Assembly (NCBI GenBank): GCA_017499595.2
Contig: CM039000.1
Location: forward strand, 1,860,001-1,924,000
Length of the DNA stretch: 64,000 nt
Origin: Psilocybe cubensis
Lineage: Eukaryota
Direction: 5' to 3'
In this document: positions 37,954 through 49,534 of the stretch, piece by piece
Layout of the letters: each line of letters opens with the position of its first letter
Numbering within the stretch: the stretch's first letter is position 1
Translations under genes and position numbers: made by a program
Notes under the pieces: model-generated
What the model was told of the DNA's origin: nothing
The model's database searches: none
The model's input: only the letters and a program-made list of their open reading frames with translations

Positions 37954-39966
37954 TTATCTGACGACGCTCTTTCTGTCCGAAACACCTTCGTATAAGCCAT
38001 ATAAACTATATGTAGGACTCCTGTAGTTCGCATACGCTTCTGGATTACTGTGAGCTAAGGCCATTTGGGTTAACGATGGCAGCGGCGGTGGTGACGGCAC
38101 ACGGGGAGGTTTATCTGTCTTATGAACTTGGGGTTCATGCTGCTCTGAAGCCTGTTCCAGCACCAGGTTCGTCAAAGACATCTGGCTCGCTCCAAAATTC
38201 ATTGAAGTTAACGAGCCATTGCTCTTACTTCCTACCATTTGGGTTGGTAAAATGACTGGAACATCCGGAACGGGCTCCACTGTCCTTTTATCGGCCATGG
38301 CGCCCCGTTTCTTGGGTCGCCTGGCCTCCACAACGCTCATCGAATCATCAGGATATATTGTTGGTTGAGGCGAAGTGACTCCGTACACAGCATCTGTCTT
38401 CGGGGATGCTAATCCTAATGCATATGTCAAGGCCTGAGTATCTCTTATCCTTTTTGAATTCGACCTTTGTAACGAAAATTTTTCCTTAGAAAACGAATTC
38501 CTTTGGGCAACATTTATCCTTGTGGCTGTTGCAATCGAATACGTTGCACTGGGTAAGGTCGAGATACGGGGATACGCTCCAGCCGCGAAATACCCAGATC
38601 TGACCTTCGCTCGTCCTTCAAAATTCTCCGCTACAGGTGTGTCTTGAGGTTGGATATATTCCACTTGGGCAGGAGATGCCACATCTGCTGAATCATAAGC
38701 CAGACCAACAAATGAACTTGTGGATTCTCTCTGTTTTTTTGCTTCAATTTGTCGACTCCTTCGATCGCTTGCCTTGGACTTGGAACGCTTCATAATATCG
38801 TGACCATCTGCTGTGAATTGCGTTTCCTGGCGATCTTCGTTACTTTGTGGTGCAGAATCAATCGAGGTTTTGCCAAATAAGTTTGACGACGTAGAAAACC
38901 GTTTGTTGGTAGTGGCAGTGGCATTAGGAACATTCTGCGAAGATTGCGCGAAAACAATTCCGTTTTCGTGTGCCAGAGGGGTCGTATCAGCCACTGGTGC
39001 CGGGTGCTGGATTGGATAATTTAAAGCTCGGGGGCATGAGCTGACATCCTGTGAAGCACGAGTAGCATGAGACTGCACTTCCGGCGCATGAGGGTATTGT
39101 ATCCAGTTCCAAGTCGGAGCATTATTGCCAGCCATGGAAGACATTCTAGCTTCTCCTCCAAAGAGAGGTGACTCTACAGTTTCCAAGTAATCTTCGTCGG
39201 CTTCGACATCCTTCATTACTGGAAGAGAGGGAGTAGGTCTAGGTTGCCGGGTTGGACGAGTACATATTTTTACTATCAAACAAACACCGAGAAGAAGAAG
39301 TGCAGAGCCGACAGAAAGAAGCACTATGACAACGACCGTGATTTGATGCGACTTTATATTTTCAGGTTGGCTGCTGCTGCTAGGATTTAACTGAAGTGTT
39401 TCGGATGGAAAAGACACCCTTGTAAATTCAGTAGTCGTGACCGTCGACGACGGTAGGAGCGCAGACAAAAGGGGAGGAAGAGCAGAAAATGTAGCCCTAG
39501 CAGGAGTCAATTTAGAAGGACGGGTTACCAGAGTGGGAGTAGTAGGTGCAGGAGTGCCCGTTATTATAATGTCACTAGATATTGCCCCAAGGAGTGGAGA
39601 CCCAGCGCCAACGGTGTTGGTTACGTTGGTACTTGTTTGCTGCAGGGGTATTGGAATGGCAGTAATCTCAGCAGCAGCGACTCCATAGAAAGTTGTACTC
39701 CTAGAGACTGCCGCAATGGTATCACTGTGAGGAACACGAACAGCGGAAATCTTCAATGGTGTATTTTTATTTGTGTGACTAGAAACGTGAAGATCATTAG
39801 GCTTTGAGCGTGTCCTTGTGTTTTCCAGTTTCCTGCGTAAACGGCGGACCAAGCGAGGTTTATGAGACCCTTGGGGCTTGCTCTTCTGATGGCGAGCGGC
39901 GTTGATTCTCTGAGAGAAACGCATCACTGGGCGAGCAACACGCCGTGTCCTTCGACGGGATGGCAT
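37954..39966 (-). CDS. Hypothetical single-pass membrane protein (670 aa, single exon)
   Basis: Uninterrupted ORF with a basic N-terminus, an S/T-rich region, one hydrophobic helix (ITVVVIVLLSVGSALLLLGVCLIV) and a long low-complexity tail. Confidence 0.8.
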   Translation of the reverse strand: MPSRRRTRRVARPVMRFSQRINAARHQKSKPQGSHKPRLVRRLRRKLENTRTRSKPNDLHVSSHTNKNTPLKISAVRVPHSDTIAAVSRSTTFYGVAAAEITAIPIPLQQTSTNVTNTVGAGSPLLGAISSDIIITGTPAPTTPTLVTRPSKLTPARATFSALPPLLSALLPSSTVTTTEFTRVSFPSETLQLNPSSSSQPENIKSHQITVVVIVLLSVGSALLLLGVCLIVKICTRPTRQPRPTPSLPVMKDVEADEDYLETVESPLFGGEARMSSMAGNNAPTWNWIQYPHAPEVQSHATRASQDVSSCPRALNYPIQHPAPVADTTPLAHENGIVFAQSSQNVPNATATTNKRFSTSSNLFGKTSIDSAPQSNEDRQETQFTADGHDIMKRSKSKASDRRSRQIEAKKQRESTSSFVGLAYDSADVASPAQVEYIQPQDTPVAENFEGRAKVRSGYFAAGAYPRISTLPSATYSIATATRINVAQRNSFSKEKFSLQRSNSKRIRDTQALTYALGLASPKTDAVYGVTSPQPTIYPDDSMSVVEARRPKKRGAMADKRTVEPVPDVPVILPTQMVGSKSNGSLTSMNFGASQMSLTNLVLEQASEQHEPQVHKTDKPPRVPSPPPLPSLTQMALAHSNPEAYANYRSPTYSLYGLYEGVSDRKSVVR

Positions 39967-40466
39967 GGTTGTGAAGCAATATCAACTTAATAGCGAGCAG
40001 AAACAAGGCGACCAGCGCAAGATTATTTAAAAGAGAGGTGGAATACAGACTTACAGTACAAGCGTCGAAGAGTCGTGGCAGTGCCAAGTATGTCGAAGAC
40101 GCGACATACATAAGACACGTGATCGTTCCTTACGTTATCCAAATTAGGGATCGGTTCAAGTTAGCAAGTCCTCGGTGTCGACGCCGGGCACAACTTGGTC
40201 GCGTTCATGTTGGACGCGCTGAACTCTCTTACTATCTATAACTTTACTATCTCTTCTCTCGGAATTTCATTTTTTCTCGCTTCAGTCTTCGTACAGCCTC
40301 ATCTACTCAAAACCAGTACCTTTACGTACAATTTTACTGTTCAACGGGCGGCTTCGCCGATCTCGACCCTTTTTCCTCTTTCCACAACTCAGCTGCCAGG
40401 TTCTGCAACCATTTTTTTCTAGCTTCCGCCACACAATAGCACTAGGTGGCTAGGTCACCGCAGATT

Positions 40467-43400
40467 ATGGATGTGTTCGAGGCCAGGTATGGATACAAAT
40501 ACTGTGTTGCACCGCCTTCTTACCCTACATCCAGTGATGCAAACGAAGAATCGCAGGCTACTCAGCTACTTCAAGAGCTCCTGGATCAAAAATCAAGTCC
40601 AATCAAAAGACCAGAAGAAGACCGAAACTCAGCTGCATATAAGACGCGGAGCGCACACACCAATGAGATATCTAGCGATTCCATAACGTCCTCCCGTAAT
40701 TCCAACTCTTTGCCGCATTATCATTTTCACGGTTTGGCCTCCACTCAAACAGAGTCTCAACAACAAGGCGAAGATGAACAGGCGAATGAAGGATCTCAGA
40801 AAGAGAACATTGGATCGTTAAAACAGACCAAAGATTTTGAACACTCTAGTCCGTCCCTGGCTACAAGACCGGGTTCACCTTACCAGTCGTCATCCAGGAA
40901 TGTACAAACCAGGGCAGGAACAAGGGCACAAGCCAAAGGGTCTGCAATACCCAAAGAGAAGGTAAGAAATCCCAATGTCCGTGATCAAAAATGCCGAATT
41001 GCTTACCCCTCCACAGACAACAAACAAAAAGGCCCCGACTACGGTTGCCTTTCAGTCGCCTCAAGCCAAGCCGTCCACTAGCAATACCAGGAGCAGCAAA
41101 CCCGTGACACGACAAAGCCCATATAAACCAACCCTGGCCGCGTCGCGTTATAAACCGGTACAACGTCGATCTTCGTCAGAAGATTCCTTTGCCCAAGATC
41201 CAGAGCTTGACGAACAGTTATTCATAGCTAGATCAGAGAAATTCAACATTCCTATCTCTGAACTTGCCAGGAACTCGTCTCCAGAACCTGAAGCAAAGTC
41301 ACCCCCAATGTTCCAATCCCGTTCTAGTGGCCGCATGCCACAGATAAGAGGGATGGACTCACCTCATGGCAGAATACTCGTTGAAGCAACTCCTTCACAA
41401 TCAACTAGCTCCCAAAAATCTCATCATATTGAAGAAACACAGATCAGCGAAGAGCCACAATATGAGGATATGCTTCATAACCCACTCACTGCGAACAGAC
41501 ATGTTGAGGATGTAGGCTACCAAAGTAGTGAACATTCTTCGAGCTATGGAGAAATGGCGAAAGAGCCAGAGCAAGAACTGCAACCGACACAACCTTCGAC
41601 TCAATTGCAACTTGAACAGACCCAGCCATCGACACAAGTAGAAGAATCTGACATATTGGCACCGCTTTCTGTGCAATCTCCGTTCAGCATAAATCCCTCT
41701 CATGCAGCTGGCCCGTCCACCGTTAACAGCGGCCCACGATCTCTATTGGCCCTCGTTAATCCCGGTGCCCTGTACCGTTACAGTGCATACAGACAGGACG
41801 AAAAACATCTACATCGTAGGGCAACTGGCGGTTGGACTGTCCCTGAGAAAGACTTACATCTGCAGCGCGCTACCTCTCCCCCGAACGCTGTCTCTAGAAG
41901 GTCCAATCTGCCTCCGCCTCATGCTAAACGCGGGTTTAGCGACGATGCCTTTGCAGGCTCACTTTCACCCGAGCCTATGGATGTGGACATAGTCCCAGAC
42001 TCAGAACCATTGCGCAATGATGTCGAGCTTTCGTCCAGAAGAACACGTAATTCTGCACCAGGACAACCGTCCGCGAATCCTGGTCTTCCAAAGTCAAATC
42101 AAGAGCCTGTCAAAGTAGCAGATATGTGTCCACCCCCTGAAGCAAAGCTTCATCCAGTGCCCGCAGAAGATGAGGACGAAGATGAAGATGGAGTTCCCTT
42201 AGCTACTGTGATAGCAGCGAAAAGACCAAGGGGTAGACCGCCTAAGAATCCCCCAAGTAAGGGAAAGGGGAAAACGTTGAACGAAGCAGGGGCCAAAGTA
42301 AGATATTTAAACGCGCTTCTAGATTTCGGCACTAACATTGAAATGACAAAGGCTACAGCGGTAGCACCTCCTTCTAAAGAAAAGAAAACTCAGAAGAGGG
42401 TTACGGGTGGTTCTTGGGAAACAGGGGTGGTACCATCTTCTGTACCAGATCAGGACGAAGCCTCTGCCCCGCGGGGCATTATCGACATCCCAAAGAAGAA
42501 ACCTCCAGCATCTCGACAAAGTACAAGATCGACCTCTGCGGCACCTAAATCAGGCGAGAACCAATGGGCAGCGTCGGAGTTGAAGACCAATAACGATAAA
42601 CCAGCGGAGGTGGATATCACAGAGGAAGAGGAAGAGGAAGAGTCTGGCCCGTCCCGCAAACGTAAACGAACTGCTCAAACCAAGGCTGCTCCAGCAACTA
42701 GGAGTGCTAAAGGTGTCGCAAAGCGTGTTAAGCGTGAGACTGCAACGCCTGGTGGCGGACGACAAGCTAAAAATCTACGTTCGACTCACTCAACGGCCAC
42801 AAGGCTTAACAACGAGCCCGGAACTCGTGTGTTTGCGCTTTGGAAACAAGACGGGCATTATTATTCTGGAACAGTGCATTCCGCGGAACCTGGCAATCAA
42901 TATCTTATTCATTTCGACGATACGACAAGCAATAAGGTAACTCTGGAACAAATGCGTCTCTGTCGTCTACAGATCGGAGACCAAGTTATCGTTGCCAATA
43001 CCTACCGGCCTACAAAAGTGCTGAGCGTTGAAGTAGATGGCGATGATATCACCGTCGGGGTAAACCTAGAGGATGGTGTCAAACAAGTACCTCTTATTCA
43101 TCTCCGAATCGCTAACAAGACCATAACATACGAATGGAAAGATCGCGTGCTTACGGCAGATGCGATTTCTACCACTATCAAGCCAGTCAGGGCAAAATTA
43201 AGTCCTTCGCCATCGAAGTTATCCATAGCCAGCTTCCCTGCGATGCGGGGGCCACGCAAGAAGGTTCTCAACAACACGGCCCTCATCGTAACTCTAAGCG
43301 CAGTCAATGGCAGCTGGGAGAGAGAGAAGGAGAAAGTTGTAAATGCTGTAAAGAATAGTGGTGGATTGGTTGTCGATGATATGTCGACCATAATTCGCAT

Positions 43401-44201
43401 GGAAGGAAAGCATTCCGCGAACAACAACCGATGGATCATCAGAAAAAACGATGTTCAATGGGTCGGGGACGAAGACATCGCACGCCTTTTCTTGCTGGCT
43501 GATGAACCTAATCAAAAGCCCAAATTTTTGATTGCACTCGCTCTGGGCATTCCTTGCCTTTCAACTACTTGGTTACACGAATCGGTCGAGAATGTCAGTC
43601 TTAACTTTTACATTATTTCTGTATCTTAATGCTCATGATTTTTAGAATGCTGAGAAAGAGTGGACTGGGTACTTGTTACCACAGGGATTCTCTCCTGCTT
43701 TAAAAGCTCGCATCTCCCAACAGGTTGATGTTGACTGGGGCAACAGTTTCTATCAACTCAAAGATATAATGTCGAATGCGGTTGCCTGCAAGCTTTTCGC
43801 CGATAAATCTATTCTATGTGTCGGTCCCGAAATGGTTTGTCAACCCAAAGGCAAAAGGGTACGTTGTAATTTCTTACTTATGTGATGTCTCAGTACAAAC
43901 ATTTCCTATATCTTTCTTATAGAGGGCGGTTGTCGATGACAAAGCACAGGAGGCCACCAATGCCATTCCACAAATCATACTGGCTATGGGCGCAGACAGA
44001 GTTGAAGCGGTTACGGACGTACGTTACGCTACGCATCAACTACAAGAATACGACTATCTTGTCATACGAGAGAAACATCACTACTCGCCAGGATATTCGC
44101 AATGCCCCTCTGTCGTCGATTGGACATGGGTCAAAGAATGCTTGATTGCATCCCGCTACTTGACCACACCTTCGTGGGGGGAGGACTCGCAGGAAGCCTA
44201 A
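40467..44201 (+). CDS. Rad9/Crb2/53BP1-like DNA damage checkpoint mediator (Tudor plus tandem BRCT); start approximate
   Basis: SQ/TQ-rich disordered N-terminus, Tudor-like RVFALWKQDGHYYSGTV, and BRCT signatures KFLIALALGIPCLSTTWL and VVDWTWVKECLIA. Confidence 0.8.
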
Positions 44202-44516
44202 CCATGCATCTGTCATTTACAACCTCATTTATTGACTCCCTGGGCTGTTCTATCCGTGTATCTATATTATCCTGCAACCACTGTCTTCCTCATTCGCATC
44301 CCCTTATATGATTCTCACTATTTTTTCGGTTTATACCCCCTAACCCATACATATATTGAATAAACGTACTAACTTCTGCATCAGCAATAACAGTGTTGTA
44401 GCTCACTAATTTACACATTCCAATCTTGTATCTACTGTAAATAAATTGAGAATCGACTGGATTCATACTTCTTATCAACGCTGCGTTGCCTACGAGTATA
44501 TAAAAACTAAATAGTC

Positions 44517-45752
44517 TTATGGTTTGCTTTCTAAAAATTGGTGGAGGTCGAACATCGGTACAAGCTGTGTATAACAAATGCCTCAGTGCGCATAAAAATG
44601 ACCTTTTTCTACAACGCGTACCTCACTTTCACTGTCAGTAGTTTTATCCCTAGGAGGAAGAACCGCGCCAGCTCGACCCTTTACTTCATACTGATTGGCT
44701 CCTTGCCATAGAAGATGAGTATACCGAGTCAGCAGTTCTATACTTGAAATTAAAGGTTTTCCAGTACTCTCTGAATGCAGGCGATGAGCAATCATCGTCT
44801 GATTAAGCAAAAGGGTCGTCAACTTACTGAGAATTGCACGGTTGATTTGGTCCGCAACGGCCTCTCGTCTCTCCATAGTCAGGTATTTCGCCATAGAACT
44901 CTTTTCAGGAACCTTATATGCCAGCAAGCCACCGACATTCTCCAGCTCCTTGGTGTAAGTCACCCGATCGGCGGGGTTAGGCAAGGTGTTGGAAAACGCC
45001 CACAGTTTCTGAGCACGAGCGAGGAGTGCGAGTTGTTGCTCGTGATACTCTTCACTGTCTTCTGAGATGCCCGTGTGTATGGGAGGGTCCGTGTCCATTG
45101 ATTCAGATTCCGACGTGGGTGGATACTCCAGAGGGATTGTTCGGCATGCTTCACTGAACGCAAGGATGCGCAGGTTCAAGAGGAGGTGCGCAGGTTCGGT
45201 CGAGGTCGAGGATACATATTCGATGTTACTCGCAGGAAGACGGGGCTCATTGTTTGTCGGAGAGGTTGATACAGGTTCATTGAGCCTGAGAACGGCCGGG
45301 AAGTGTTTGTCGAGGAGTGCAATTGCTTCATCTACACGGCCACGCAATATCTCTGTTCTTATTGCTGAAAAGGAAGATTTTGTTCAAGATACTCAGCGCA
45401 GAATATAATCATATGCATACCTTGTCGAAGTTCAACCTGCTTCAACAGAGCTTCGAACTTCTCATTTGAGCCACTCGGGCTGCCCTCGCTCTCAGTAGGT
45501 CGTGGGTCGGTGCCATATGTTGCAGCTTCTAGGATCTCGTCTCCGTCAGCATCAAGGTGTCGCACTGTGCTATCTTTATTAAATGCCCTGGCAGTTCTGG
45601 TATAACAACTGTGGCACAGGTAGTCGAGGACCAATTTTCTCTACATGTATGTGCACAGTAAGCGCCCCTTTATCCAAGGAACCGAGGAATAAAAACCGCG
45701 CACTCACCAACTGAACAGGCGTTGGATTCGAGAATGCAGTTGATCTAGACAT
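44517..45752 (-). CDS. LisH/CTLH/CRA-domain protein (GID/CTLH complex subunit-like)
   Basis: LisH-like LRKLVLDYLCHSCYTRTARAF, CTLH-like ILRGRVDEAIALLDKHFP and CRA-like LENVGGLLAY..ERREAVADQINRAIL. Confidence 0.82.
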
Positions 45753-46093
45753 AAAGGCAAAGACGCAGCTAGACTATGTGTGATGAAACAGAATGGGCGA
45801 GTATGTGAGAGTAAGTAGAGAAGATTTGCCGCCGGACCTATGACAGTCCATACTGAAAGCGCCTCAAAAAGAGTGACTCCCAGGCCATGGCGTAGGACTG
45901 CGATGTTACCACGTGTGACATCCATTCTACAAAGCTTTTTACTTTAATGCAGCGATATTATGCAATTTCGATGAGTATGTTAATAGTCCCTGGTAATCTA
46001 CAGTTAGGTGACTCTATGGTCTTCCTGATGCTCGAATCAAAGCAAAACAAAAACAAAATAGCACAGTGCAATGCAATCCCTTCATAACTCTAT

Positions 46094-48029
46094 TTAACCG
46101 ACGCTGCGTGTGCGTGAAGCACGCCCTCTATTGAGAATAGCGGAGTCCCCTGGAAGATGAGCAGAAAGCGCATCTCCTGACAGAAGGCCCGCTTCTTCGT
46201 CATCTACCGTCCGACTATGAGACGCTGGGTTGTGTCGTCGAGGTCGTGGGCGATAGCAGAATGATTGAGATACAATTGTGATGTCAAATAGTAACGTCCC
46301 TCCACTACCAAGAAGGTACCTAACGTCAATGCAATTAGTGTAGGTCGAACATGTGTAACTCTGGGACTAACGGTATGCTGTCTTTGATATATTTTGTGGA
46401 TTCCGGAGGAGGGAGATATCGTCGCGGGGAAAGCAAAATCGACGCCACATAAAATGTATTGCCTAGGAAGGCAAACACAAACAGATACATAGAAAGGCCC
46501 TATCCAAGATCAATAATGAGAGAAGGTTCTTTTACAACTGTGAACAGGTACCTCTACTGATTTTCTAGCATACTGACACATTTTTGTTAGCGAAAAATTG
46601 ATTATATGTCATTTTGAGGACGCACGTTCTTCCAAATCTGAGGCAATCGAGATGTGAGGTATAATGTTGTACATAGCCAGGCAAAAATACGACCAATTAT
46701 CTGTTGTTCTGAAGGTTCGTCAACAGGGGGGCTCTCTTCTGGTTCTCGTGGCAAAAGGCTATTCGGATAAAATGATGTGGGGATTGTGACGGAGACATAG
46801 GAAAAATGTTGTACGTCTCCTTGCTTGGTATATACAAGTTCTTCATTGGACGGTACCGATAAAGTGCTGCCAGTACGACTTTGAGTGGACAAAACACGAC
46901 CAATACCATTTAGACTGTCTGATGGGATTCCGCGTTTACCGCTGGTTAAAGTACCAATACCGAATAGTGCCCATACGGCAAGAAATACCATATTCGAGCC
47001 TTTCCGAGAGGCGCGAGAACTGCGAGTATTTGGTGCTTGAGTAAGAGATTCTGTAGAATCGAGAACTACGGGGTCGTGAGATGACTGTGCTATTCCGGAG
47101 TCGCGTGGAGATAAGACAGGGTCCCTAGAACCAAAGTCCAACACAGTAGGTGTTGCAGATCTACGTCCCTGGCCAACGCTTGAGGCCCTACCATGACGTT
47201 CAATACTCCAAGAAACTCGTTTGGATTGGGGATCTCTTCCACGTTCAGAATAGAAGCTTTCAATCATAGCTGCAGGAGGATCATCTTCAAGTTCGTCTCC
47301 TTGATCTAATCCGCCGTTACTAGCTTCTGGTCCCCGTGGTCGATTGATCTTGGCCGCAAAACGAGAATTTGACCTTCGGGGATTAGCCTGCTCGTCATGG
47401 TGTGCCGCCAGTGCAGCGGCTGTTGCCACATTTGAAGCTGCAACCGACAGAGCACGATACCTTGATGCACCTCTGTCGATCGACAATCTCCGATGTGCTG
47501 CTGGGGTGGAAGCTGAACGAATATGGCCCAATGCAGAGGACGAGGTTTTAGGCGATTTATAGTAGTATGCATATTGCAGAACTAGCATCATGTCAATGAA
47601 GACGAAGTAAGTGGCTAGCCATGTCTGGATTTACATTAGCATTCAGACAATTAGGTCATAAATCAGTGACCGCACCTGAAACGGCAGTTGATGGGTCATA
47701 ATGCAGCCAACGAGATTGGAGATGTCACCTAAAGACTATCTTCAGAAAAGCAAAGTGTATAAAGCAACCGAACACTATACCGAGCAACCAGTTGGCAAGG
47801 AATGGGAGTGCAAGGCCCTCGCACGACTGGCGTCTGATATTTTCAACCACCTGGCTGAGATCGACACGGTCAGAAGAGATAGTGAAGATATAAAGAATAC
47901 GACCAACGGGAACTGAGCACCCAGCCAGCATGCTATTGACGCAAAGCCCAGGAATTCGCTTAGCGAGTCTGGCAGCATTCTGCCTACCGCTTGGGAGGGA
48001 AGAGAAAGAGGCGAGTAGGACATGTCCAT
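46094..48029 (-). CDS. PQ-loop vacuolar/lysosomal amino acid transporter (Ypq/PQLC2-like)
   Basis: Two PQ motifs (CWLGAQFPQ, YLTSRLPQIWKN), SCEGLALPFLANWLLGD, YLLGSGGTLLFD and an acidic dileucine motif DEEAGLL. Start at 48029 or 47978. Confidence 0.88.
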
Positions 48030-48192
48030 TTCGAGCGACTATTATAACACGGTCCGGGACTAACCGACCACTAACAACTCTCTGTCGTCACTCGCCCTGC
48101 TTTCATCTATCAGGAAAACCCAACGGATCCGGTTTATTGTAATATCCAAAGCATATCCTAAGTCGCGTCTACCTGCACTGTCCTTTTCCATC

Positions 48193-49433
48193 ATGGCATC
48201 CCGTGCTGGACAGAAGCGCGCCGCAACACAGGGCTCTGAACCATCTTCATCCTCAAAACACCAGTCCAAAAAGACGCGCTTTGTGGATCCCTCAGAGGAT
48301 CCAGCGAATTTTGCCGAACAGGTTGATTCCGCACTCGAGGGACCGTCGCGCAAAGGCAAGGTCAAGACTGAGGGGTACGACTCGGATTCAACCGACGATG
48401 GCGAGGGTGTCGTGCCCAGTAGGAAGAAAGGCGATGATGACGACGAGGTGGACGATATGTTTGCTTCCGAACCGAAGGCCAATGAAGATACCGCTTCCAA
48501 AAAGAAAGAAGAAAAATATATGCGTCTAGCTGATATCGAAGGGCAAGAATTCAAAGATGAATCAGGTTCAGAAAAGGATTCCGAGGACGATGACGAACCC
48601 GAAGACGAAGACGATGCTGAGAGGCGCAAAAAAGCTGGTATGGGATACGAACTTTCCTCGTTCAACATGCGGGACGAGATGGAGGAAGGAAAGTTTACAG
48701 AAGATGGGAATTACGTTCGGACTTTTGATCCCCATGGCGTGCACGACCGTTGGATGGAGGGCTTGGACGAACGCGAAATCAAGCTGGCCCGTCGCCGGAA
48801 AAGAGAGCAAGAAAAGAAACAAAAAGAGCGCATGCTTGCGGAGGAAAAGGAACTTGAAGAGAGTGGAGGCAAAAGCTCATTGGAAACACAGCTCTTGAGT
48901 CATTTGAAGAAGGGAGAAACGGTGCTGGAAGCATTGCAACGCCTTGGGTCTCTGGCTAAAAAGACTCAGTCGAAGAAGTAGGTTTTACCAAAGATCTGCA
49001 GGATTTATCTGACTATCATACTAGACCAAAACATAAAACTGCAGCCGCCAACGCTATGCAAGTCGACCAAGCAAAGGTTGATAAACCACAGACACATATC
49101 CCGACAGACATTGAAACCATCACCCATCTTGCTTCATCCCTTATGTCCATGGGAGAAACGGATGTGTATTCGCAAACGTACGAAGAGCTGGTCCGAAGTG
49201 TTCGTTCATCTGGCAATGTCGATTCATCATGGGAGCCACCCTCTGCCGATATCAAATACGAATACAAATGGGCCACACCAGAAGCAGGACAACCAGATGA
49301 AATATTTGGTCCCTTTAGTGAAGAAGAAATAAGATCATGGTACAACGCATCTTATTTCGGAACAGTGGGAGAAAAGGTCAAAGTTCGACGCGTTGGAGGT
49401 ACATGGGGTGATTGGGATGATGTTGTACAATAA
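48193..49433 (+). CDS. LIN1: Lin1/CD2BP2 U5 snRNP-associated GYF-domain protein
   Basis: Contains SSFNMRDEMEEGKF..DGNYV, GETVLEALQRLG and a C-terminal GYF-type YKW..IFGPFSEEEIRSWYNASYF. Confidence 0.85.
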
Positions 49434-49534
49434 ACGATGTTCAACAATTTGTTTAATTCTTTCTAGGGTATTCATATCTATATTACAATGTCCCTGTGGT
49501 TGACCGATGTACCTTATGTTGTATAATATGTATG

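Noticed and set aside
48060-48668. 202-aa antisense ORF
   Set aside because: Shadow of the acidic LIN1 coding sequence.
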